Assembly (NCBI GenBank): GCA_030295235.1
Contig: AP026143.1
Location: 186,001-250,000 of the forward strand
Length of the DNA stretch: 64,000 nt
Reading direction: 5' to 3'
Source: Fistulifera solaris
Taxonomy: Eukaryota
Shown here: positions 24,790 through 36,170 of the stretch, in pieces
How the letters are laid out: each line of letters opens with the position of its first letter
How positions within the stretch are numbered: position 1 is the stretch's first letter
The notes under the pieces: model-generated
The model's database searches: none
Told to the model about the DNA's origin: nothing
The model's input: the letters and a program-made list of their open reading frames with translations, nothing else
Made by a program: the position numbers and the translations under genes

Positions 24790-25785
24790 ATGCTTGTAAG
24801 AATATTGTTGTGGCTCCTATTGCTAGCGCCAGCACTCTCCTGGAAGGCACAATGGATTTCACGAGAACCTTCGTCTCGTTCTCCACGACGTTCCGGGCAT
24901 GTCGCGTTTTCCTTGGGAAACATTCCCTACATCTTTGGTGGCTATGTCGAAGAGGAAGATACTCCTCGATATGCTACCAACGATCTGTGGAAATGGCACA
25001 ACGATCAATGGCAGTTTGTGGAAGTGCAAGGTGACATTCCTCGAGCGCGCTTGGTGGCCACGGCGACGGTTCTCAATAATAAGGTGCATTTACTGGGAGG
25101 ATGGGATCCGGGAACCCCTGGTACGGGTGGAGCCATACTGGATACTATACATTGTTATCAGGACGGAGCATGGTCGACACTTCCTTTCACCCTGCCCGAT
25201 GGTCCCACCAGTCGTCACGTGGCGGTCGCTTGGAACGATCACATTCTCGTACACAATCATCGATGTCAAGACTATGTCTGGTTGTTTGATACACACACGT
25301 TTCGAAAACAAAACACGACCGGTCCGTGTCCCAGTTCGCGGGGTTTGCATGTCGCGACACTTTTGAATCCAAAACAAATCTTGGTGTTTGGAGGTGCCGC
25401 ACAATCGGGGATCCTGTCGGATGAATCGTTTGTATTGGACACGACCACATGGACGTGGACCGCGTTACAAGCCAAGGGTCCTACGGCCCGGGCGGGAGCG
25501 TGTCTCGTGCGCTTGGATGATCAGACGGCACTCTTGTATGGTGGTGCGGAAGCCACCGATACCGGTCTCCGACCCCGCGGGGATGTGTGGTTGTGTCATG
25601 CCGACCAAGATCGTTGGGAAATACTGTTGAATGATGACAAGGAACATCCACCGCCGCGCAACGCCGCCACATTGTCGCTTCTCGAAGAGGACTCGGGAAC
25701 GAAAACTTTCGTTTTGACCGGTGGATGGCATCCCTTTGTCAAGACTTACGATGATTGCTTTCTACTCAAGCTTACCAAGTCTTAA
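24790..25785 (+). CDS. Kelch-repeat beta-propeller protein with signal peptide
   Basis: Repeated PxxR..(Y/V)xFGG..W blades (YIFGG, LLGG, VFGG, LYGG, LTGG) and a hydrophobic N-terminus. Confidence 0.88.
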   Translation: MLVRILLWLLLLAPALSWKAQWISREPSSRSPRRSGHVAFSLGNIPYIFGGYVEEEDTPRYATNDLWKWHNDQWQFVEVQGDIPRARLVATATVLNNKVHLLGGWDPGTPGTGGAILDTIHCYQDGAWSTLPFTLPDGPTSRHVAVAWNDHILVHNHRCQDYVWLFDTHTFRKQNTTGPCPSSRGLHVATLLNPKQILVFGGAAQSGILSDESFVLDTTTWTWTALQAKGPTARAGACLVRLDDQTALLYGGAEATDTGLRPRGDVWLCHADQDRWEILLNDDKEHPPPRNAATLSLLEEDSGTKTFVLTGGWHPFVKTYDDCFLLKLTKS

Positions 25786-25847
25786 TCAAATAATCATCTA
25801 TAACAACTTATATAAGACACACAATCTAAACATCACGGATACAGGAG

Positions 25848-28800
25848 TCACATTCCATGATCGGCTTCGTATTGGCCCGCGTGAGATTCCAATAGAGACG
25901 TTAAAGCAAAACTGGCTTGCTTTCGCACTTCAGGATTCTTAAAGTGCTTTTGCAATGCCGAAGAAATCGCAACAAAGCCACCGGCGTCCGAAAGAGCCTC
26001 CAGACGAGCCTCGCTATGAAGACACAAATTCGTCAAAGCCCCGCAAGCATTCTTCTGGACCATAGGGTTGTTGATGTGTTGCTTCATGCAAGAAACAATC
26101 GCCTGCATTCCACCTGCAGTATCAATGGTCATTTCTTCTGCCGAGTTCACGCAAGTCAAGTTCCAAAGAGTCGACCAAGCTGCTTCGTGAAGTTCGGCAT
26201 TCTTGAAGTGACACATCATTGCTCCGAGTACAGCATCTACGCCTCCAATTTCCGCAATGGCAATTTCGTTCTCGGGGTCCAATGCTAATCGCTCCAGGGC
26301 GCTGCAGGCTGCTATCTGAATGGCGACATCGTTAACATGGTCCTCCATAGCACGAATTAGAGCCAGTAGCCCACCGGCACGGGCGATTGCGCTACGTGAT
26401 TCCGGTTGAATGGCGGCTTCTGCAACTGCATTAATCGCTTCCAAAACCAGTTCAGGCTTCTTACGATTCCATAAATCTTTGCGAATATATTCGGTTAGCT
26501 TCTTCTTCGGTAAACTATCTTTTTTCTCGAAAAGCGGTCGGTCTTGTATGGGTGTCTTTGATCGTTCCCGTGGTGGAGACTTGGTTCTACACGGAGTTCT
26601 TGGGCTTGCCTGGTTCTTAACAACATGAGCTTCTGCTGGTCTCACTGACGACCTGTCACTATTGGGTGTAGGAGATTTGGCTTCGGTTTTGAACTTCGCC
26701 TGTCTATTGCGTCGTCAATCAATGTTGAATGAGGTCCAGAAATGCTGGCGTCCAGAGATGAAACAACCACGTCGTTGGATTCGCTCCTATCATCGTCCCG
26801 ACCTTCAGCTTTCGGCGGCGCGACTGGCCCTGCCTCTTGTGCACTCATTTGCAAGCTAGTTTTTCCTGTTTCGGTAAAGTTTGTTTCCCCAGGCTCCATC
26901 AAAACCTGTGCCATATCTTCCTCGTCTTTTCTTTTCTTCTGCGAAGCTTGCGTCTCGAACCTGCATGGTTTCCTCTTTCCGGTTTTTTTGTAACAGTTAT
27001 CGAGGCACTGATTTCAGAAACAGCGATGCGCTCTTTCAACTCTTGTATTAGTGGATCCAGTTGGCTTTGCTCCTTCGCAACTGATTCAACAAGTGCGGTA
27101 ATTTCTTCCTCTTGTACGAGAAATTGATCTTCTTTTGAAACTTCGGTAGTGACTTCTTCTGCTACTTCTTCAAAAGGTTCTTCTGAATTTGCTTGCTCGT
27201 TATCAAGATGAGTGGTAGCACCGACTTCTTGAACTTCTCCTTCAACTTGAGCTCGCTGTTCTACGTGTGCAACTTCAAAGACTGGTTCTTCGGATGTAGC
27301 TTGCTCAACGAAATTGTTTGTAGAAACTTCTTTTCTTTCAGCGTCTGTTTCGACTGTTTGTGATTCTGCAACACCTGGTTTCTCCGGCTGGGTCTGCTCG
27401 ATTGAATCAAGTGCGACGGCTTTGCTAACTTCTTCTCTAAAAGCTTCTGCAACTGCTGGTTCGGCTACTTGTGATTTTGCAGCAACTAGTTCTTCCGACT
27501 TGGCTGGCTCGATAGAATCAAGTGGTACGACTTCACTAACTTCCTGTCTTGGAACCTCTGTTACAGCTGGTTCAACTGCTTGTGATTCAGCAACAACTGG
27601 TTCTTCCGGCTGGGTTTGCTCGATAGAATCGAATGCGGTGACTTCACTAACTTCGTCTCTTGGAGCGTCTGTTATCCTTGGTTTCGCTGCTTGTGATTCT
27701 GAAACAACTTCTGCTCTTGGAGCTTCTGTTACTACTGGTCCAACTGCTTGTGATTCTGCAACAACTGATTCTTCCTGCTGGGTTTGCTCTACAGAATCAA
27801 GTGCGGCGGCTTCGCTAACTTCTTCTCTTGGAGCCTCTACGACTGCTGGTTCGACTGCTTGTGATTCTGCAACAACTGGTTCTTCCGACTTGGCTGGCTC
27901 GATAGAATCAACTGCAACGACTTCACTAACTTCTTCTCTTGAAGACTCTGTTACTCCTGGTTCAACAGCTTGAGATTGCGCTTCTTCCGGCTTGGTTTGC
28001 TCGATAGAATCAACTTGAGCGACCTCTTCTTGAGCTTCTCTTACAGTTGGTTCAACAACTTGCGCTTGTGCTGGCTCTTCGGACTGAGTTTGCTTTATAC
28101 AATCAACTTCAGAACCTTCGGCAATATCTTGATCCTCTGTTACAGCTGCTTCAGGTTCTCGTGCTTCTGAAACAACTGGTTCTTGTTCTTTTCCGGTTCG
28201 AAAGTTTCTTCGTTTACAGCCGATTGACCTTCCTCTTCAGCGACAACTTCTTCGACAGCTACTACTTCGTCGGGTTGAAAATGAGATTGCGATTCTGCGA
28301 CGACTTCTGTCTGTGATAAAACTTTTAGTTCCGACTTGATGTCCTCGATGCTATCAGCGTCAGTAGATGCGGCTAGTTCTTCTGCTAATGAGGTTGAGTC
28401 TTCGGAACGTGCTGACTCGTTGTAATCAGATTCAGCGCTTGCTTTTTCAATGACAGCCTCTTGTCCGGTTTGTGAGTGCTCGCTAGTATCAGGTTGTGTG
28501 ACTTCTCTAGGTACAACTGTTTCTTCAAAGTCGATTTGCCTCTTGAAGTCAGGTTCGGTAATTGCTATTGATTCTGACTCCTCGTTTGTATCCAATTCAC
28601 TGGACTCTTTGACTTCACTAGTTTCACTGTGCTGGACCGCTTCAAATGGATTCTCAACGGAAAGATGCGAACTGCTTTCGTGGGATCCTTGTAAAACCTG
28701 TCTCGCTAATGACTCGAGCTCTCGTAAGGGCGACTTGGATAAGTTGCTAGCGCAAAACGTAGGTTGTTCTTCGAATGGAACCGGATCTTCCTCGTTTACA

Positions 28801-29747
28801 CAAAGATCAGGGATGTCTTCCGAAGGTAATTGGGGTGGCACAAAGGGACTATCGACGCCTTGTGTTATTGGTTCTCCGCGCAACGAATCAGTCTCAGATT
28901 GCGGTAAATTGACAGCAGTATTGTACGATTCTTCGCCCTGCGAAGCGTCGTCCTTAGCCTCGTCAAACGATGTTTCAATTTCGGATATAAGGGCAACTAG
29001 GTCCGGAAAAGAAACCTCGTCGTCGGGTGTGTTGTCACTCGGTTCTTTAAGGTTCGCAACAACTTCGGTATTCTCCGATGCTTCAACTGGCGATGGATCC
29101 TTTTCTTCTGTTGACTGTAAAAAGGATAGAGCAGCTAATAGATCGGCTGAAGCAGGTTGTATAATGTCACGCTGGAGGGATGGACTTCCAAATGATGATC
29201 CGCTTACGTTGAGCTGTGTTTGGCTGTCCTCACTTCTGTCTTCTCTGTCAGATTCAGGAGCAGCAGTTGTTTCGCTCTCTACTACGGTGGGCTCAAAGTC
29301 AGCAAGTGTGGGATTAGGGATCGACTCGCTCTCGAGTTCTGTGTTGGCTAACGAAGAATCGTCTTCTCGGTCCGCTTCGTTGGTCTCTTCGTCCGATGGT
29401 GAAGAATCAAAGGAAGATGCGGAATGAAGAGTGGCAGTTGATTTCTCGAATGGTTTGTCGGGTAATGTCGTTGCGTTCAAAGTTGTCAATGCAGGCACAT
29501 GCTCTTCACTGACTTCCAACGCTTCCGATGTTTCGGGATTGAACTTATAGACGGGCGATGAAAAGATGTTATTATCAGTCGTGTGAATGCGCCCCTCTTC
29601 CAGGTCTACTTCATCCACAGACTGTTCGTACACGTCCCCTACAAACGTTGGGGAAAAAATATTGCTCTGTTTCGTCGTTTTGGAATTATCGCCCGTGGAT
29701 CGAAACGCGTTCAAGTATCCTTTCGTGCTCTTCAAGAAATTTTCCAT
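25848..29747 (-). CDS. Large acidic low-complexity protein with 37-aa tandem repeats and C-terminal armadillo repeats (several frameshifts)
   Basis: Glu/Ser-rich frames continue from 29747 through the repeat block into ARM repeats (GGLLALIRAM..H, GGVDAVLGAM..H, GGMQAIVSCM..H, GGFVAISSAL..H). A single gene is inferred. Confidence 0.65.
27379..28020 (-). repeat. Coding tandem repeat, ~111-bp unit, about 6 copies
   Basis: Anchor TTCTTCCG.CT.G occurs at 27379, 27490, 27601, 27769, 27880 and 27982 (spacings 111, 111, 168, 111, 102, all multiples of 3). Confidence 0.85.
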
Positions 29748-30267
29748 TCTACGCGAAGCTTCTTACACGACTGTTGATTGGTTTCACCGTGAAGTTGAGT
29801 ATTCGATCAAATTTTCTTCGCGCATGCGTTGAATGCTAATCACCATCGTGACCGTGGTTGGGAGAGTGGCGCTTTTATTTGGCGCTGGGGCAGCGTGAAA
29901 GGGGTGGACTTTGAGAGAAATTCTCCAACGAAAACTGGAGTCTAAAACCAAAAATTCAGTATGACCCAAAGAGAGCTTAGACGTTATTTTTTGAAAGCTC
30001 GGCGTAACGTCTTTTTCGATGATCTACTTTGTAATACACAGTCTAAACTACGAACAGATCGTCTTCACAGTAAACGTAAAAAGCCGTCATTCTTCTTAAT
30101 GTGTGATTCCGTATTCCTCCAAAATTCCTCTGTGACTCACTCCCCTTCTCTCTCGTGACTCAAGCTAACGAACCGCTTCAATGAGGCTTTAATGGTTAAA
30201 GACTACCGTACTCCGGAAGAAAACCACAAGACTGCAAAATAGCTATGTTAAAAAATCATCATTACAG

Positions 30268-32969
30268 TTAATTTATCCATTTGTGATTCATATTCTCGTC
30301 CCGAAGGGCAGTTCGACTTAGTTCCCTCAGTTGTATGGCGTTTTCGTTCCCATTCGTCCCTTGAACGGCCGCAAAACAATCTCGTTCCGTGACTTCCTTC
30401 CAAACAAGGCCAAGCTTGTCAAACACTTCTTTTTCATCAAAGGGATCGTCGAGGACCGAAACTTCCGTGTTTTGAATGAGTAACCCGTGATCATTCAGTG
30501 TCAAACCCATTTTGCGCGACGACCATAGTCGCATGGCCCGGTTGAAATAGCCATTGCCCGTGAAATAGATGGAAGCAAACACGCGCTCACGATACGGATA
30601 AAATTTAATGTCGAGACGTCTTCGTCGTCCTGGAACAAGAGGAGACTTGATGACGCCAAAGTATGTCGTCGAAGAAGTGTCCTCGGCTTTTAACTTGCCG
30701 TGACTCGATCCGCGATGTTCAATCAGATGTGACCGAACATGTGCAGGGGTAGTTCGATTAAAAAGTTCGGGGTTCATTCCAGCAGTGTAAGTCAGATGAT
30801 GCTCAATGTAGCCCCGTTCCAGTAAGGCGTCCACAACCATCCCGACAGCATTCGGTGGGACTTTGTACTGATAACTGGGATGAATAGCCAAAATATCAAC
30901 ATCGCCGCATGAATCTTTCCCTCGTCTATAGCTCCCCATTAATTGCAGCTCTACTTCTGGATATTTTTCCTTGAAACACTTCTCAACGATTGCAAAATTG
31001 CTTCCACTTCGGCCCGAATCATTTCTTCTAATATGTCGTCGTAGCACAACAATCCTATGTATTGATTCCGATCCACCAGCAACTTTCCCGCCTCAACTGC
31101 CGCCTTGACGTCCTGAATCGAGCAGTATCCAGCTCTCACCAATTCAGTCGCTTTCGCACGGCCCACACCCCATATATTCATCATGCGTCTCATTATCACA
31201 CGGGTCTCATCATTTTCTAGCTCCTTCAATCGACTGCTGGCACCGGTTCGAAAGAAGTCGCGAACGATAGCCATAGATGTGGCGCCGAACCCTTTCGATT
31301 TGGCCAGTTTTTGCAGTACGTCCGAATCATCTGTAACGTCAAAGTCGAGGAACCGGAGCCTTCCCGCGGTGAGATTAAAACTATAAGCACGCCATTCATC
31401 GGTATCCTGTATGGGGGATGTCTGATAGAGCTTGGAAAGCTGACAAAAGTGATCCGATAACTTTTTGTTTCGATAGCCAACAGATTCGTAGTCGTTTCGA
31501 CTTTTTACCACCCGATCCTTCTCTTTGACTGGACTCTTCCGTTTCCCTTTAGGGCGCAAACCCATGTAGCGTTCTAGCAGCTCCGGCGGTCGCAAAGGAG
31601 GTTTTGTAAAAGCATTGCCTTTGGCCGCCCACTTGCGATGAACACAAACAATATTATTGTCGTCGACAAAATCCTCTAGATCTTCTACCTGGTCAAATCC
31701 TAAAGCGGATGCAAGCTTCTCGGGTTTGATGCCGTTGTCACTGACAACAATATGAGTTGGAAATGGAGGCTTTGTCTTATCAAAATGATCCAAAACAACG
31801 GCATTTCGTTGCAGTACATGGTTTTTCAAACCGTCACCAGCAGGACCTTCAATAAGTTCGTCGATCATGTCCATCCCTTCTCGGACGAAATAGATCATGA
31901 AGTCCGCTGCAGCTTGTTGCCTTGTGGGGTATGTTGATGGAATTTCTCGTATGCCGTTACGTTCTTCATCGAAAGCTTCGATGATATTCGTTTCTGCCTT
32001 TGTCGATGGTTCGGAAGAACTCGAAGAAACGAGTTTCCTTTCGATAATGGAAACTCTTTCCACCTGATATTCTTCATGTTGTGGAATGACCTCGCAACTC
32101 TTTTTTAATGCTTGACTACCATTGCCGGATTCCTGCGTATTGAGATAATATGTTTGTGATTCCTGCGTATTGAGATACTCTGTTGGTGAAAGATCAGCCC
32201 TTTCAACTCCTTTTTCAATTGTTGCATGGTCCAAATTCTCCACGTCGATGTCCTGGAATTCAACGCGTGTCAACTTGGTCTCCTTCTTCACAACCTTCGT
32301 TTCTTCAATTTGCTGTGAAAGTATACACTTCTTTTCACTCGTTAAGTCATTACTTTGTATCTGCTGATTTTCAATGTCATCATTGGGTGCAATGAGACTG
32401 TTCCATGCTCGTATACCAAACTCTAGAGCAGACCCTTTATTATTCGGAGGAGGACAAAATTTCAAAAAGGCAAACTTGTTTAATTCTAGAGGACCCAGCC
32501 ATGTGACGCCGTCTACTTCCCGGTTGGTGACAAGAAACGGCTCAATGGGCTGCAAGTCGCCATCGTGGGCCCCTACAAAAATCAAAGAACGCGGATAACT
32601 GGCGTCCTGTTTGATCCACAACTGGGTCACACCTCGATGGTACTCGGCTTGAAATAACTTTTTCGACATATACTGCTTCACCCATTGGGTCACGTCAAGG
32701 CATGCGGAGCATTTGTTTGTTGTAGCGCCTTTGGTTCGGTTCGTGGCGGAACATCCACAGGCTTTCCAAAGCGTCAAAAGCAACTCGACACGACCAAAGG
32801 TCGTTCTGAAGTTCTCTGTGCATTGAAATTCTTTATCACCTGAGCATCCATTGTTGTGAAAGCCTAGTTGTAGGTAAGGAAGAATTTCATGTTTCAAAGT
32901 TTCATGCCGTCGTTCAACCTTAAGGGGTTTTCTGTCACGAAGAGGCACCAGTACGAGCTGCACCATCAT
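30268..32969 (-). CDS. X-family DNA polymerase, copy 1 (frameshift ~30995)
   Basis: BRCT-like domain, 8-kDa domain, IWGVGRAKA HhH, GSYRRGKDSCGDVDIL, RRLDIK, YFTGNGYFNRAMR, LNDHGL. Confidence 0.92.
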
Positions 32970-33305
32970 GCGCCATGAATCGTCTTATGCTAACGAGTTC
33001 GCTAAGGGGATGTCTTGAAAACTTCTTGTCCTTTACACCATCTACCCTTATTGATCTGTTGGTTGCAGGAAAGTGAATGAACTTCACTGTTGTCGTCGAC
33101 GGCGCGGACGACGCGGACCAAAACGCGGACGAGCTTTTTCTAGTCCTTGTTTCGCACTTAATAAGCTGAACACGAAATGGCACTCGCTATTAAAATAGTA
33201 GGTACCGTTGGGTACCGGTACGCTACCTACCCCATCAAACACATCCTGCGAGACTAGACCTAAGGCCATCAAAAATATACGATTGATTATCTATTTCGTC
33301 AAAAA

Positions 33306-35916
33306 CTAATCTACCCACTGGTAATTCATCTCCTCTTCGCGAAGGGCAGATCGACTGAGTTCCCTCAATTGGATCGCATTTTCATTTCCCTCTTTCGCTT
33401 GAACTGCCGCAAAGCTATCTCGTTCCGTGACCTCCTTCCACACCAGGCCTAGCTTGTCAAAAACTTCTTTCTCATTCGTTGGGTTTTCCAGAATAGAAAC
33501 TTCTGTATTCTCTATGAACAAGCCGTGATCGTTGAGAGTCCAGCCCAATTTCTGCTGAGACCAAAGTCGCATGGCTCGATTGAAATAACCATTGCCGGTA
33601 AAATAGATGGAGGCGAAGACACGCTCGCGGTATGGATAAAACTTGATGTCGAGTCGCCTCCGTCGCCCAAGGACCATAGGAGAGCGAATGACACCAAAAT
33701 AGGTCGTCGACGAAGACTTATCGGCTTTCCGCTTTCCGCTGCTCGAACCTCGATGTTCGATCAGATTGCGACGGACATCTGGAGGGATGGTTCGATTGAA
33801 CAGTTCAGGGTTCATTCCGGAGATATACGTCAAGTGATGCTCAATGAAACCCCGCGCAAGTAGTTTGTCCGCGACAACACCGACGGCATTCGGTGGGACT
33901 GTGTCGTAGTAGCTAGCGTGGGTGACAAGAATATCAATATCACCGCATGTCTCTTTTCCTCGTCTGTAACTTCCATTGATTTGCATTTGAACTTGCGGGT
34001 AATCTTCTTTGAAGCACTTCTTGACAATATCGAAGATGGCTTCGACTTCGGATCTACTCATTTCTTCCATTATATCTTCGTAACATAGCAAGCCAATGTA
34101 TTGACTCCGATCGACCGTCACTGCTCCAGCCTCCACTGCCGCCTTCACTTCATCAATCGAGCGATACCCTGCTCGCACCAGTTCGGTCGCTTTAGCGCGT
34201 CCCACACCCCATATATTCATCATGCGTCTCATTATGACACGATTCTCGTCATGCTCCAGTTCCTTAATTCGACTACTTGTACCAGTCTGTAAAAACTCAC
34301 GTATGATAGACATTGTAGTCGCCCCAAAGCCTTTTGTTTTCGACAATCTCTCCAGCTCGTCAGGATCCTCTGTGACCTCGAAGTCCAGAAGCCGAAGCCT
34401 CCCAGCAGTAAGACTGAAGCTGTATGCCCGCCAATCGTCAGTATCATGGATTGGAGCTGTTTGGTAGAGCTTGGAAAGCTTTCTAAAATGGTCTGCTAGC
34501 TCCTGGTTCCGTTTATCTGGTGACTGAGCCTCGCATTTCCTTCTCAAACGTCGCATTTCTTGTCCAGACATACTATCTCTGTTAGCCTTCGGGTGCAAAT
34601 TAATATACCTTTCATGTAACGCAGGACTGCGAAGAGGAGGCTTTGAAAAGGCATTACCTTTGGCTGCCCATTTACGATGAACGCAGACAATGTTATTGTC
34701 GTCGACAAAATCTTCTAGGTCTTCAACCTTGTTAAAGCCTAGAGCTGTTGCGAGTCTCTCGGGTTTGATACCATTGTCGCTGACAACAATGTGGGTTGGG
34801 AATGGAGGGTTTGTCTTGTCAAAATGATCCAAAACAATTGCATTCCGTTGTATGACATGGTTTTTCAAACCGTTGCCGTCGCCACTTTCAATAAGCTCGT
34901 CGATCATGTCCATTCCTTCTCGGACGAAATAAATCCTGAAAGGTGTCGTAAGTTGTGGCTCAGTGGCAGCACGCTTCTTCGACTGATCCGAACCAATGGA
35001 AGCAAAGCCATCTAAGCTCTTTTGTACTAGCTTCTCTTTCTTTTCCAAGGATTCACAATGCTCAGGATCTTTACTATTCGGCGTTACTATTTTTGACGGA
35101 GTCTGGGCCTCGTGGAGGTCATGGTGCACACGACCCTGATGTTCAGGTTGCAAACTAGTTTTGATCGATTCTCTTTCGTGGAGTTGATCTGTAGGCTCTA
35201 AATCCCTTTTTTCGGTTGCTCTTTTCGTGGAACCACGACTTCTGTATTGTTTTTCAGGGTGAGTTTCGTGCTCTTCTTTGATGGGATGAGTTACTGCATC
35301 TTTTCCGCTAGTAGATATTGCCCCACCTGTCTGGTCGAAATCGCTCGTTTCAGCTGCATCTGGATCTTGGCATATCGCAAATTCAAGCACATCACCTTTG
35401 TTTTGGGGCGGACATAGCTTTAGATGCGAATAATTTCTCAAATCGACCGGACCGAGCCAGCTACTGCCCTCGATCTCCTTCGAAGATGAGATAATAGAAT
35501 CAATTGGTTTATAATCAACGCATCCTTCATTCTTTGCACCAATTAAAATCAGTGATCGAGGATGATGCGCATCTTTCTTCACCCATAGTTCTGTCATCCT
35601 TTGGTGGTGTTCGACTTCTAAAAAGTCTTTTTGACATGTAGCTCTTTGCCCACTTCACGACATCAAAGCAGTTCGCGCACATTTTCCGCGAATTTTCCTC
35701 CTTCGGGTCCGAACACCCGCAAGATCTCAATAAGCATGAGAGCAATTCCGCGCGGCCGAAATGCTCACAATTTTTATCGGCAGTTTTCGCGTTTTGATAT
35801 CCCAGTTTAAGGTATGGCGACAAGTCTACTTGGGAACTAGCATTTGTTCTCTCATGTGCTGCCATGAGTGGTTGCTTGTCACGAAGTGGTACCAATACGA
35901 AATTCGTCATTTTCAC
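33306..35916 (-). CDS. X-family DNA polymerase, copy 2 (tandem paralog; frameshift ~35620)
   Basis: Same architecture: GSYRRGKETCGDIDIL, RRLDIK, YFTGNGYFNRAMR. The N-terminal ORF 35527..35916 aligns with the copy-1 N-terminus. Confidence 0.92.
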
Positions 35917-36170
35917 TCTCGCTGTTTTAGTCTGAATAATCAGATGCTTCCCAAAAGCGTTTCTCGATTCATTTGAGACATCAAGAGTCTTTTCTTGCGT
36001 CTTTCTTCAATTTGTTGATTGTTTCTTGCGAGTTTGAACGTCCTGATGATTTCGAGAAAAAAATCATCATCGATTTTCGAAAAGAGAACCGTATTTGCCC
36101 GTCGGTCCGACGTACGGTTGCAGAGAAAAAAGACTATAGTTCAACAATTGACCGGACTATAGTCACTAGT

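Noticed and set aside
27314..29427. Long plus-strand Ser-rich ORFs (219 and 325 aa)
   Set aside because: Antisense shadows of the Glu-rich minus-strand gene.
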